From NCBI RefSeq assembly GCF_030684315.1, contig NC_081396.1:9167628-9231627 (forward strand): a stretch of DNA of 64,000 bases. Reading direction: 5' to 3'. Position 1 is the stretch's first letter. Every line of letters begins with the position of its first letter. Below, piece by piece: positions 50,694 through 64,000 of this stretch. The translations under genes were made by a program, and so were the position numbers. This DNA is from Stegostoma tigrinum (Eukaryota). The notes beneath the pieces are model-generated. The model had not been told where the DNA came from. It worked only from the letters and a program-made list of their open reading frames with translations, and did no database searches.

Positions 50694-52599
50694 AAATGAG
50701 AACATTTAGTATGGATCATATGCTATTATCTAACATGAATTATACAATGTAGTACCTAATTTCTTCTTCTTCTTCATTAATTGCAAAGTATTGTCAAAGG
50801 GTGGACTCTATCATTTTGTTCAAGGCTTGAATTAATGAACACAAAATGAACATGATTTCCCCCCGACCCTTTGTGTAATCTGATAAATTGCTCCAAGCTA
50901 ACTTTCAGTTCTATGACCTTGTCACTTATCCTGGAGGCACCACAACCGAGCTCGTTGAAGATAAATTCACAATCTGGAAGCATTACTTGATTGGTTATGC
51001 AGATATGAGTTTCCTCCTTTTTTATATATATTAATTCATACGATTGGAAGGTTACTGGTCAGTCCAGCACGAATCATTTATTTTCTCTGTCAAACTTGAG
51101 ACAGAATCCCTTTAGAAGTTGGCAATTTCTATGGTCTAGTTGCTGTTGTTCATGACCTGCATGAGTTAGGAGAGATTAGTGTACAATGATTTCTTCTGGC
51201 TTCTTATCTGGTGCTCAACATGTGCTGTGGTGCACAATGGCATTATGTTTTATGCCACCCCATGCTTCTCTTCACTTATCCATTAGTTCCTGACTTTTTG
51301 AGGCAACAGATCAATGTCACTATTAGTGATCACTGCCCTGCCTCCGAAACTTACAAGTGCTTCATCCATAACCATGAGGATATGCACTTATGTCACGCTG
51401 TTGACATTTCCTCTATTTTCCCTTGTGTTGCGAAATATATTGTCATGTGCACACTGAAGCTTATATTATTGTACAAACACCCAATGGCACGTCGAATGCG
51501 TACAGCATTGACAGCTGAGATGGCCATCGTGATGTCTCAAGTACGGAGCCAGCATGCAGTCATTGAGGGCTAGCTGCAGAGGTGTCAGGTGTCCTTACCA
51601 GCTTTTAGCACAGAAAAAGGCTCTCACTCTCCTGACAGCCAATGTTTTTCACAGGAAACACGCTTTTCATTTTAACAACGCCTTTAACTCTGTCAGCTTA
51701 ATATTGCACTGTGCAGTTATTTTCTACATTGCTAACGTCAATGTTCCTTTTCCAACACTGCAGTCAGGTACGTGGCTGTGCTACGGTGCTTAATAGTGCT
51801 CCAGGGCTGTAATTTGAGGGAAGAGTGTAGTAGTGAGAAAAAGTTCTAGATATTTCGGAAGCAGAAATACTTTATCCTTATACACAGAAATACAAGATGT
51901 TTAACATACATCTTGGCAGAAAAATGATATCTTCAAACCTAAGGCAGAAGACTCAAAAATGTGCTTACCATTAAATACAGTATAAGTTGAGCTCAACATT
52001 CTTTGGAATCTTTCTTATTTCATAGTTGAATGTAATTTGACCATTTCTGAAAGTAACTTGCATGGATATCAATGTTACAATAGGTTGACTAGGCCTTTGG
52101 AAGAATATTGATTGCTGTTTTGATGTTGAACTTACTTGGGGAAATCAGGAGATGACACTATTGGTGAAATAATGCACGATTGCCTCCACACAATAAAAAA
52201 TGTGACAACTTGTGGTGTGAACAGACTCATGCCTTAAGCAAGAATGGAAATCTGTCAAAGGCGAGAATGGCATTCGTGTTTCCTGCTCGATGTATATGTG
52301 GTGTACAATTGTGGGTACTTTGAATACATTAGCAACTCCTATAGACAGGCAATTGGGAATCCAAGGCTGCAATTAAACTCAATCAGTCAAATCACGTGTA
52401 ATAGACATAACTATTAAGCATGTGCTTGTTCCACTCAATTCCTGACTTTCTTACAACATTAGTTCAATCATGCGCACACGTGCTGAATTTCAGAGTTGAG
52501 GTAAGACTGACTGAGACAAGACCATATTTGACTGAATGTACAATCCAATAGCCCTGGCACAGTTGGTATCAATGCGGTTGGGTTGGGGGTAAGTGATGG

Positions 52600-53550
52600 T
52601 ATCCGTGTGCAAGATGGGAGTCCAAGCCTGGTAAAAGTGATTAGGTTGTGTTGGTTGGAGGCCATTCATCTATACTCCAGAACGTCACTGTGGGTATTCG
52701 CCATCACAGAGTCATGCGTCCAATTAATTTTTCTGTGTCATCAATGATCTTCCCTCCATAATTAGGTCAGAAGTGGGGAAGTTCATCGATTCTTTCACAA
52801 TGTTCTATGCCAATGATCATTCACAATTCTTAAAATGCTGAACCAGCCCTGGTCCAAATGCAGAAAGACATGGAAAACGTCAACATTTGGGCAGCCAAAT
52901 GGCAAGAAACGTTCGTGTATCATAAGTGCCAAACAATATCTGGTTGCAAGAGAGAAACTAAACATCATATTCAATGGCAGTACAATCGCTGAATCAGCCA
53001 ACTACATCATCTGAGCATTCCCATTGATTAAATACTAGACATTTAAACACTGTCACTTCAAGAATAGGTCAGAGGTAAAAACAAACGAAAAACACTGAAG
53101 TGTGTAATTCACCTCATGTCGTGCCAAATCCTACCCACCATCTACAACGTACAAGCCAAGGGTGTGATGGATTACTCACCAAGCGCCTGGCTGAGTGCTA
53201 CTCCAACAATTTTCAAGAAACTTGACACCATCCAGGACAAAGAAGCCTGCCTGATTGCCCTGACATCCACTCCTTCCATTTCTGATTGTCAGTGTCTACT
53301 GTCAATGAGCTGCACTACAGAAATTCATGAAGGTTTCTTGCATAGTACCTCCCAAAACCATAGACGTCTGCTGTTTAGAAAGACAAGGCTGTCAGATACA
53401 TTAAAATATCACTTTCTGCAAGTGCCCCTCCAAACCACTCACCAACCAAAGACATCCTTCATATCGCTCTTCAAAATCCTGGAACTTCCTCTCTCACGGC
53501 AATACATGTTGGCCCAGGAAATGATGTCCACAACTGATGAATGGATGTTT
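52600..53550 (+). mobile_element. CR1-type LINE RT/3' fragment (second family)
   Basis: INDLPSIIRSEVG and TIYNVQAKGVMDYSPSAW.SA.PT..KKLDTIQDK. Confidence 0.75.
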
Positions 53551-54639
53551 TTTAAAAAAATTAATCATTCACTCATCAGTTCTTTGTTTTTCTGGAATTT
53601 TGCTTTGCACAAAACAATATTTCAGAAACCAAACATCAGAGATCCCATTGTTGCCACTTAGTGAATTGTTCATGCATTCAGCAGACAATGCTCGTCAGGA
53701 GAGAGTGGTATGACTGTTACCTGGGTTTAGGTCAGATTTCAAATTCAGATGGGAATCAGTTAAGCACCTAACATTCGAATCTAAAACAAGTATAACAACC
53801 TACCTGACTCCAAAAGAATTATTAACAAGTTTTTCAACGAGGTTCATTTCTAACTGAATTAAAAATTATCAGCTGCCAGCGTTTGCAGCAACTACTGACA
53901 TTTAGGTATGCAATGAGAAAATTAAATCGACACCAGAGGCTGTTTCCACGCAATGACCTTCACAATTCCTCGTTTTTCTAAATCTGTTTGTCCGGAAATA
54001 CAGAACCAAAGCTCACTTTTACAAGTCATTTGATGGTTTATAAACAGCACATAATCCACAGTTTGCTTTGATCTCTTTTTGTTTCCAAACGATCACATAT
54101 TATGTTCAGTATTCTAGTTTTGTAGACTATAAATGTGTGTGTATTTCTAGCAAAGGGAAAGGAACTTATAGCAACGTCCAAAATAATGATTTTGCTCTTC
54201 CTAGTTCTAAACTCGGGTAAGTTTATGCTCATCCACCACAGTCATAGATTCTTCCTGCACGGAGGAGACCTTTCAGCTCTTTGACCAATTTATATCCACT
54301 AAATCCCATTTTCTGGTATTTGGAGGACTGCCAGACACCAACCACCTGGCTCACTGCAAAACCAGAGATGACCAAATTGTTTGGGCATTCAGATACTTCA
54401 TGGAGTAACATATTAAATAGGAGCCGTTCTAGCCTTCTCCACTATTTTGGATGATCGTGGTTGCTCATTCAATGGAATACCCTGTTCCCACTTACCATGC
54501 ATACCTTTGAGTTCCTTGACCTTTAAGCACTATACCTAACTCCTTCTTGAAGAGGTCATTGTTTTGACCTGAGTTGTTTTCTCCAACAGAGGATTCTAAA
54601 GACTCAACACTCCCAGGGGCAACAAGATGGGGGATGCGA

Positions 54640-54982
54640 TGACCTCATGGCATTATCGCTAGATGGTTAATCCAGAGACACAGATAATGTTCTGGAGTCG
54701 TAGGCTTAAATTTCACCATGGCAGATGGTGGAATTTGAATCCAATAAATATTTTCAATTAAAAGCCTAACGATGACTATGAATCCATTGTCAATTGTTGG
54801 AAACCCCATCTGGTTCACTAATGTCCTTCAGGGAAGGAATCTGCCATCCTTCCCTGGTCTGGCCTACACATGACTCCAGACCCAAATGTAGTTGACTCAT
54901 AATTGCCCTGTGGGCGATTAGGGATGGGCAATAAAATGCTGCCTACCCAGAGACGCCTTCATCCCTTGAATGAATAAGAAAA
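54640..54982 (+). mobile_element. tRNA-derived SINE with a CR1-type 3' tail
   Basis: ccatctggttcactaatgtccttcagggaagg...gattagggatgggcaataaaatgctg...catcccttgaatgaataag. Confidence 0.7.
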
Positions 54983-55184
54983 ATTCTCCTCATCTCATTC
55001 ATAATTGATATTTGCCATACCCATAGTCTGTGATCACTGTTTCTGGACACCTCCATCATCACTAACATCGTTCCTGCATTTATCTTGCCTAGTCCTTGAA
55101 GAAATTGATTGGCTGCAATGATCACCTTCCTCCATTCTGCTGAATTCCAATGAAAATGCTTAAAACTGTAAACCTATAAGAATA

Positions 55185-55520
55185 CCGACAGTGCACAAAG
55201 AGGCCATTCAACTTGCTCACCATGTACCGACCCCCTGAAGAGCATCCCACCCAGCTCCAGCTCCAAGCCCTATCCCAGTAACTCCACATTTATCTTGGCC
55301 AATCCACCTAGCCTCTTCACCCGTGGAAGTGACGGATAATTTAGCACAGCCAAACTACTAAAACTGCACAACTTTGGACTGTGAGAGAAAACCAGAGCAT
55401 CTGGAGTTAATCCACACAGATAAAGAGAGAATGTGCAACTTCCACAGGAACAGTCACCCAAGCCTGGAATTAAATCCAAATCCCTGCTGCTGTGGGGCAA
55501 CAGCGCTAACCACGGAGCCA
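55185..55520 (-). mobile_element. HE1-type SINE
   Basis: ggccaatccacctagcct...tccctgctgctgtggggcaacagcgctaaccac. Confidence 0.75.
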
Positions 55521-56664
55521 AATTGCTGGGCTCAACTACAGCAGTGAGTTTTGCTGTCTCAGAAATCACTGCAACACAGTTGTTTCACTCTTTCTGTAGG
55601 AAGAACATTTTCTTCAGATAAGGAGCCCAGGACTGCACACAGTAATCCAGTTATAGTCTTATAAAGGCTATGTACAATTGTAGCAAGGCATTTCTGCTCT
55701 TGTATTCTGCCTGTTCCAGAGGCCAAATATCACTTGCCTTCTTCACCGTAAGTTGCACCTTCATGCTTACTTTCTGTCATTGTCATACAAAGGGCACCCA
55801 GGTCTTGTTGACACACCCACCCATCTCATCTATCGACCTTCAGGTCATAAGATGCCTTCTTGTTTTTGCTACCCATGTAGATAACCTCACTTTTATCCAC
55901 AGCATACTTCACGTGCCATGCTTTTGACCATTCATTCAACTTGTTCATATCACACAAACGCATTTCTGCATACTCCCCGCTGTTCACCTTCCCACCGAGC
56001 TTTGTGCCATCTGCAAGTTTCCAGATATTGTATTTACTTCCCTCATCTAAATCTCTTTTACCTATTGTGAACAGCTCGGATCCAAGCACTAATCTCTTAA
56101 TACTTACTGGCTTCGATTCCAAAAAAGGCCTGTTTATTTCTCGACTTTGTTTCTCGTCTCCCAAACAGTATTGCATCCATGTCAATACACTATCCCAGTC
56201 CCAAGCACCTTAATTGTGCAGACTAATGACTTCTTTGAGACCTTGACAGAGGTGTTCTGAAATTTCAAGTAAGTTACATCCACTGGCTCTTCCATGTCAA
56301 CTTTACCAGTGACATCCTTGAGAAATTGCTCTAGATTTTCCAAGCATTATTTAGTAAATCCATGTTGACCCATTTCAATACTGTCACTTTTTTTCCAAGA
56401 AATCTACTATTTCTTAAATACTGGCTCGAATGTTTTCCTGACTACTGATGATAGACTAACAGGTCTATTATTCCCAGTTTTCTTTCTCCTTTTTCTTTCA
56501 AGTGGATGGATTACATTAGCTATCCTCCAACCCATAGGGACTGTTTCAGTGTCTACAGAGTATTGAAAGTTGGCCACAAATGCAGATGTTATTTCACAGG
56601 TCACTGCCTTAAATTTAATGGGATTTAGATTATCTGGGTCTGGGCATTTGTTGGCAGTTTAGCT

Positions 56665-56976
56665 TAGATTTCCTATGGTTTGGAAACAGGCCCTTCGGCC
56701 CAACAAGTCCACACCACTCCTTGAAGCATCCCACCCAGATCCATCCCTCTATAAATCACACACCCCTGAACACTGTGGGCAATTTAGCATGGCCAATCCA
56801 CCTAGCCTGCACATCTTTGGACTGTGGGAGGAAACTGGAGCACCCGAAGGAAGCCCACGCAGACATGGGGAGAATGTGCAAACTCCACACAGACAGTCGC
56901 CCGAGGCTGGAATCGAACCCAGATCCCTGGTGCAGTGAGGCTGCATTGCTAACCACTGAGCCACCGTGCTGCCCCA
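56665..56976 (-). mobile_element. HE1-type SINE
   Basis: The reverse strand begins ggggcagcacggtggctcagtggttagcaatgcagcctcac. Confidence 0.9.
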
Positions 56977-57059
56977 TTTTATTCCATCAATTTCTGAAAC
57001 TTTCACCCAAATGATGATTTTCTTCTGTTCTTCTATCACTGCATCCTGTGTACAGGTGT

Positions 57060-57295
57060 CAGCTTAGCTTAGTTGGCTGGACAGTTGGTATGTTGTTCCA
57101 ACAATTGAGTTCAATTCCCTTCACCATCTGAGATTACCATGAAGTACGCTCCTCTTCACCTTTCCCCTCACCTGAGGTAGTGTGGCCCTCAGCTGAAATC
57201 CACACCCCACCCCCATCCATCATCTCTCTCTCTCTCTCTCTCCCTCTAATATGAAGGTAGCCCTATGGTCTGGTAAGACTACTGCAATACAACAA
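57060..57295 (+). mobile_element. tRNA-derived SINE (third family)
   Basis: tagcttagttggctgg...gagttcaattccc...ctcacctgagg...agccctatggtctggtaagactac. Confidence 0.55.
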
Positions 57296-58439
57296 CATCC
57301 TGTATTTGCCATCATTATTTGCGTCATCCTGAAATATGTAGTTACCTGTTCTGCCATCTCTCTGTTTCCGATTATAAATCATCCATATCTGACATTAAAC
57401 AATCTACATTTGCCCTCACCAATCACTTTTTTTCCTTCTTTATGGACCGACAAAACCTGTTGCCTGAAAATTAACTCATGTGGCCCTACCCCAATTCTCT
57501 AAATCCATTTCTCCTCCTTTGCTGAAATTTATACTGCTCCCAAATCCTTAGGTTTGCCACATTTTTCTTGGCCAGTTTGTTTCGAAACAGCCAGGGACAT
57601 GCAGAAACAGATAGACTGATGGGATAGAAATGGCCCTCATTGCTCAAAGATTGGATTGTTATGCTGAACCAAGAGGCAACCTGTAAACCTGTGTTGACAG
57701 CTAAGCAGTATTCATTGGTACACAAGCCCAGTGGGTAACCTCAACCATACTAAAGGAGGCTCTCTTCATGAGGAGATAGGGAAATGCCAGGAGGTATGCT
57801 TCCATATCAGGAACGACGCACATCAGTCTTGGCCCTTTCCATTCAGACAACTGTAGAGGTGATTGGACCACCTACCTCAAATCTGCCTGCATCCCATCAA
57901 CTTTTCGAAGGTCAAACTGAATAGCATCAGTTTCCCCTCAGCCGAGAAGATCCTTGGCGCATTAATTCATTGAGATGTAAACACATACAGAGTTGTCCAG
58001 GCCTCTGCATTAGAGCATAGTCCCATTACTCTAGCACCAGAACAAGGGAGTACACTTAAAGGAGTGAGCATGAGAGAATGAAGGAAACCTATTGAGAACA
58101 CTTTGGTGGCAGGAGTAAAGAAGGCTACATTGATATTCTTTCTTTTATGGATGTGTATTTGACTGTAATAGGCATGAATCTGTTTTTGTGTCTTTGTATA
58201 GGCACTACACACACTGCCACATCCACGAAGAATTCATGAAGCATCTTCATGGAACAATGTTTGTGCAGAGAGTCTATGAGATCAGCAACGAGGAGAGGGA
58301 GCAATACATAATCATTACTTCTTGTACAGGTTCCAACGTTGGCCCACCTGGATACAATTCCTTAATTTTTGGTTTCTTCTGTGCACAATGGTGCATTTGA
58401 CAAAGAGTAGTTCCAGAAGTGGCTGTGTCATGAGAGCTG

Positions 58440-59730
58440 ATGTGTGTGCACGTGCATACTCTCTCGCACTCACTATCTCACATGCACTCTCTCAAACACT
58501 CACACACATACACATGCACACACACTCACACTCACAGACACATGTGCACATNNNNNNNNNNNNNNNNNNNNNNNNNNNNNNNNNNNNNNNNNNNNNNNNN
58601 NNNNNNNNNNNNNNNNNNNNNNNNNNNNNNNNNNNNNNNNNNNNNNNNNNNNNNNNNNNNNNNNNNNNNNNNNNNNNNNNNNNNNNNNNNNNNNNNNNNN
58701 NNNACACACTCACAGACACGCATACACATGCACACACACTCACACTCACAGACACATATGCACATGAACACACACTCACAGACACACAAACACATGCACA
58801 CACACACACTCAGATACACATACACATGCACTCACACTCACAGACACATTCTCACGCAGGTGTATACACATGCACACACATTCACACACACACTCACACA
58901 TCGCGCACACATTACACACTCTCACACAGACACAGCTACACTCTCTCACACACACACACATACATACACATATTTACGCACACTCTCACACACATACACA
59001 CTCTCACACACACATACTCCTGTACACACTCATGCACCCACACACACAGAGACACTCTCACACACNNNNNNNNNNNNNNNNNNNNNNNNNNNNNNNNNNN
59101 NNNNNNNNNNNNNNNNNNNNNNNNNNNNNNNNNNNNNNNNNNNNNNNNNNNNNNNNNNNNNNNNNNNNNNNNNNNNNNNNNNNNNNNNNNNNNNNNNNNN
59201 NNNNNNNNNNNNNNNNNNNNNNNNNNNNNNNNNNNNNNNNNNNNNNNNNNNNGGCACACACACATTCATGCATGCACATACACACACTCTCTCACACACA
59301 AGCACACTGAGACAGGCAGACACACACACACGCATTACACAGAGTCACGATATACACCTACANNNNNNNNNNNNNNNNNNNNNNNNNNNNNNNNNNNNNN
59401 NNNNNNNNNNNNNNNNNNNNNNNNNNNNNNNNNNNNNNNNNNNNNNNNNNNNNNNNNNNNNNNNNNNNNNNNNNNNNNNNNNNNNNNNNNNNNNNNNNNN
59501 NNNNNNNNNNNNNNNNNNNNNNNNNNNNNNNNNNNNNNNNNNNNNNNNNNNNNNTGCACATATTACACAGAGACACACACACATACAACAGACACAAATA
59601 CACATATAGACACACACACTTACAGACAAACACACATTACACAGAGACACACACACACATACACACATACAGACACGCACACATTACACACAGGCATACA
59701 CTCACACTCACATACACACACAGACACAAG
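58440..59730. repeat. Degenerate (CA)n low-complexity tract with three N gaps
   Basis: Continuous cacacacactcacagacac-type sequence. Confidence 0.95.
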
Positions 59731-60939
59731 TTTAATGCTCTACAGTGACAAGTGATTAACCAGCCCACAAGCCTGTTTGCTTTATCTGCCAGGGGCTTGT
59801 GACCGTAGTTGTTCACCTTTAAAAAACCTGTAATGCTTGTTTACAGTGGCCTCCCTAATGGATCTATCTCTTAGCCTGCCCAGCTCGTGCATGGCGGCAG
59901 GCATTTTCTTCCTGTTGTGCACTTTCAATTTTCACTTTGATGGGAGGTGACAGTGGCTGCTCCTCCTATTCCTCTCAGATTCAATTTGCATATATCAGTA
60001 AGATGTCAAATAATCCCTCTTCTATTCTCAATGGCCATTGCATCAACTTTGTAGGTTTACAATTCTTTAAGTCTATGTATAAACAGTCTGCATTCCCTTA
60101 AACCTGTCACCTCTTCCTGTCTAGACTCAGACATATGAGGTGAATATGTCTCGTGCTGTCAATTACATTCTCCACTCGAAGCCAGAGCATTATTAACCAC
60201 TGACGTCACACACTCCCTTACACCACTCCCAGCCTATCAGGAGTCATTCAGAGCAAATGATGGCCTGAATCTACTAGGTACATAGGTTAATAATAGCTAC
60301 TAGGTTAATAATACTCTGGCATCAAGTGGGGGAATGTAATTGGCAACACGAGGTATAGTCATCTCATATGCCTTAGTCTGGACAGGAAGAGGTGACAGGT
60401 GTAAGGGAATGCAGGCTAGGTACATAGTTTAAGTGTTGAGCTTTTTGAATCTTGAGCTCATGTGTTGAGTTTGGTTAGCTGGAATTATGAATATTAATGA
60501 GGCAGCTTGCGCTGTCCACAGGGCATTTATCAAGTATTGCAATCCATCATCTGGAATTTATCTGCGGATGAGAAAGCCCTGCCAATGTATGAAAGCAGAA
60601 AGAATAGACCAAGATGATCTCGAGGTTGAGATGGTCTCTCCACAGTTGTTGTCCAGTTCTGCCATGCATCTTACCATAGGCTAATCACTCAGCGTCCTAC
60701 ATAATACTTGGCCCACCAGACAGTGACGGCAAAATAAAGAAGAAGTTTGTTTTGGAGACATCGAAAAATTGAGATAGAAAGAGACTGGGAGACCAAGACA
60801 CTGAGAAATGGAGAATCACACATAGAGAAACAGAGAGTAGAGAGGAGGCAGAAAACGCAGCCAATGAAGAGGACCCACCCCCACATCAGCTCATTTGAGG
60901 ACAGATAAGTACCCAGCTGCTATCAAAACATGTTGAAAT

Positions 60940-61592
60940 TGTTGATAATATTGCGCCTTTAAGATATGTATTCTATCCCGTTTCTCTAGCAGAGGAGTGT
61001 TTGCACAGTGGTGCCAAAATTTCACCTTCAGACAGGTAAACAATGTTGAGTTCTCCCTGGGTGTTTCTTTAAACAAAAGAATCATGAATGAGTGGGTTCA
61101 GGCTTACACAGACCCCAAAAAGACTTCAGTTTTGCTTTCAGTTAGTTGGTGGTTTTTGCTGGCTGCTGGAGTTGAAAGCTAGAGTTCTCTGCTGCTAGAG
61201 TGAAGTTTTAGACAGAGAGGCTTCCTGTTCAAATCAAAAGGGGCAGATTGTTTCTTTCTACTGGACTGGAGAGAGACAACACATGAGAATAATAACTACA
61301 TTGCTGAATTGCCTTTGCCATGGGTGTGTTTATGGGATGCTATCTATATTGGTTCAGTTGATGGTTAGTGGATAAATAATACATTTCCTGAAGGACTTTT
61401 ATGGAGTAAAGTTACACCGAATCTTCTTTTTGTTGTATTTTACCTGTGTTGTAAGAATAAAGAATGTTTTGAATAAAGCTTAGTGGTAGACCAATTGAGT
61501 CATATTTGGATCATGGCAACTTTACAAAAAATAAAGAACTTAGGTCTAGGCTATCTCATAATGTAATTTAGGGGGTCTGGTCTATAATAATT
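60940..61592 (+). mobile_element. Probable solo LTR
   Basis: Starts tgtt..gcgcctttaaga, has internal aataaa signals and ends ggggtctggtctataata. No coding potential; a TSD was not resolved. Confidence 0.4.
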
Positions 61593-61593
61593 T

Positions 61594-62298
61594 GTTCAGG
61601 CATATGGAGGTTGCCAACAAGCCAGGATCATAAGTTTACTTGCTAAGTCAGCTTTAAAATAATTTCTAGCATTTGATTGTGTTGGTAAAGTTATGAATTC
61701 TTTGCTGTTACATCATTTAACAATTCAAATGATGAAATACAGATTAATCCAATGTCAAGAATGCATGCTTTCTTCTCACTTCTGGTGGAGTCATGCATGA
61801 CCTACAAGTAGAAATCTGTAATCATTTGCTTTGAGACGATTAGTACTTATTAAATTCCATAACTTATAAAGCAAATTTAATTTACTCACATGGAAGTTTT
61901 GCCATTGTTATCAGCTAGTTCTTAATCCTCACACTGGAGCTGTCTCCTACTGGGGAAAGTCAAACCAGTCCCAGGTCTTAGTTCATTCAGGGAAACACAA
62001 CGCTCAAGGTTTGATCTGCTATTGAAAGCCAAAATTGAATATAGTTAAGGAAATTGAACATTTCGCTACTCATCCCAGGCATTTCTTTTTTTCTATGTTG
62101 AGGCTCTGAAGTGGGAAAAATGGTTCAGGCATATGGAGGTTGCCAACAAGCCAGGATCATAAGTTTACTTGCGAAGTCAGCTTTAAAATAATTTCTAGCA
62201 TTTGATTGCGTTGGTAAAGTTATGAATTCTTTGCTGTTACATCATTTAACAATACAAATGGTGAAATACAGATTAATCCAATGTCAAGAATGCATGCT
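61594..62298. repeat. 176-bp direct repeat pair (61594-61769 / 62123-62298)
   Basis: gttcaggcatatggagg...aagaatgcatgct occurs twice, with about 4 mismatches and an offset of 529. Confidence 0.92.
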
Positions 62299-62549
62299 GA
62301 ATCATCAACTTGAATAATTTTATTTATAATGATTAAATTACTTATTATACGTACTATTTACAATTGTTCTTTTTTTGAACCCATGTTATCATCTGTATTG
62401 ACATTGAAGATTCATCTTATTTTGACATTGACAAGAGAAAATGAGCTTTTTGTTTTATTCATTCATTGTTGGCGTTTTCACTTTCTCTGTTACAATACTT
62501 AAAGATGGTATAAGTGGCAGTAGGATGGTTCATGGTGGCCTGAAAGAAA

Positions 62550-63910
62550 GTTCAGCCTCTCCCTATACCTCCAACCCATGAAACACCCTTCTAAATCTTT
62601 TCTAAACCATTTCAAGTTTCACAACATCCTTCCTATAGTAGGGAGAACAGAATTGCATGCTGCATTCCAAAAGTGGCCAAACCTATGTCCTTTACAGGTG
62701 CAACATGACTTCCTAGCTCTTACACTCAATATACTGACCAATAAAAGCAAGCACACCAAATGCCTTCTTCACTATCCTGTCTACCTTTTACTCAACTTTC
62801 AAGGAACTATGAACCTGTGCCCCGCTCATCTCAATGTTCAGCAACACACCCAGAACCTCACCATTAAGTATAATAAGTGCTGCCCTGATATGCCTTTCTA
62901 AAATGCAGCATCTCACATTTAACTAAATTAAACTCCAACTTCCACTCCTCGGCCCATTTGCCCACATGAATCAGATCCTATTGTACTCTGAGATAACCTT
63001 TTTCACTGTCCACTGCGCCATTAATTTTGGTATCATCTGAACACTTATTAACCATGCCTCCTCTGTTCACATCCAAGTCATTTATATAAATGACAAAAGG
63101 TGGTGGACCCAGCACTGATCCTTGTGGCATACCACTTGCAACAGGCTCCAATCTGAAAAGCAACCCTCCAACATTACTCTCTGTCGTCTACCTTCAAACC
63201 AGTTCTGTATTCACATGGCTAGTTCTCTCTGCACTCTATGTGATCGAGCCTTGCTAACCAGCCTGCCATGATAAACCTTCCTGAATGCCTTAGTGAAGTC
63301 TACATAGACCACGTACATTTCTGTTTTCAAAAAAAATCATCTTTGTTACTTTTTCAAGAAACGCAATCAAGTTAGTGAGATGATTTGCCATGCACAAAGC
63401 CATGTTGACTATCCCTAATCAGTCTTTGCCTTTCCAAATACATGTAAATCCTGTCCACAAGAATCCTCTCCAACACCTAGCCCATTACTGATGTCAGGTT
63501 CACCAGTCTATAGTTCCCTGGCTATTCCTTACCATCTTTCTTAAGCAGTGGTGCCATGTTAGCCAATCTCCAGTCTTCCAGCTCCTTACCTGTAGCTATT
63601 GATAATACAAATATCTCAGCGAGGGGTCCAGCAATCAATTCCCACAAATTTCTGGGGTGCACCTGATCAGGCCCCCGTTATTATTCACCTTTATGCATTT
63701 TAAAACATCCAGCACCTTCTCATCAGTAATATGGACGTTTTTCAGAATGTTGCTATTTATTTCCCCAAGTCCTCTCGCTTTTGTATCCCTCTCCGCAGTA
63801 AACACGCATTTAGTATCTCCACCATCTCCTGCAGTTTCACTATAGGCAGCCTTGCTGATCTTTAATGGGCTCTATTCTCTCCCTAGTTACCTTTTTAGTC
63901 ATTAATGTAT
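62550..63910 (-). mobile_element. CR1/HER1 LINE RT fragment
   Basis: [22 protein letters not shown]...KCSDDTKI. Confidence 0.88.
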
Positions 63911-64000
63911 TGTTACAATGGGGGAAATGGCTTAACCCATCTGATAATTACTAAAACACAAGCCCAAATCTGCTTTGACAGATTTTCTAATAATTGCTCC

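Larger units (their letters stand above)
54420..57550 (-). mobile_element. Degenerate CR1 LINE interrupted by four SINEs
   Basis: ORF pieces KLADGTKLGG, VPMGWRIANV..L..K..RPVSLSSVV, FLQGLGKINAGTM. Confidence 0.75.

Noticed and set aside
58322-59755. Long His/Thr-rich or Val/Cys-rich ORFs (up to 477 aa)
   Set aside because: These are translations of a (CA)n tract with N gaps.
1-64000. CRISPR arrays or prokaryotic systems
   Set aside because: This is vertebrate DNA with no repeat-spacer arrays or operon-like ORFs.

Overview
Cartilaginous-fish (shark) genomic DNA. The repeats (HE1-type SINEs, HER1/CR1 LINEs, Penelope-like elements) point to an elasmobranch, possibly an orectolobiform shark; this assignment is an inference. 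The left third is a tandem duplication with a period of about 8.6-8.9 kb. Each full unit carries an intact TCR alpha/delta-type V gene segment on the minus strand (leader exon, V exon, 23-type RSS) and a tRNA-Ser(GCT) pseudogene. A third unit is truncated before its tRNA and V. Just upstream of this V array lie two intact, divergently transcribed two-exon class A GPCR genes of the GPR139-like type, each 324 aa with identical exon lengths. Their ATG-proximal sequences share homeodomain-like and O/E(EBF)-like motifs. A young Penelope insertion between them has a target-site duplication, a perfect 538-bp palindrome and minimal hammerhead ribozyme cores, and related hammerhead-bearing hairpin elements are scattered through the window. 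The rest is nested CR1 LINE and SINE decay, a probable solo LTR, a 176-bp direct repeat and a gapped (CA)n tract. Repeat boundaries are approximate and identities were estimated by eye.
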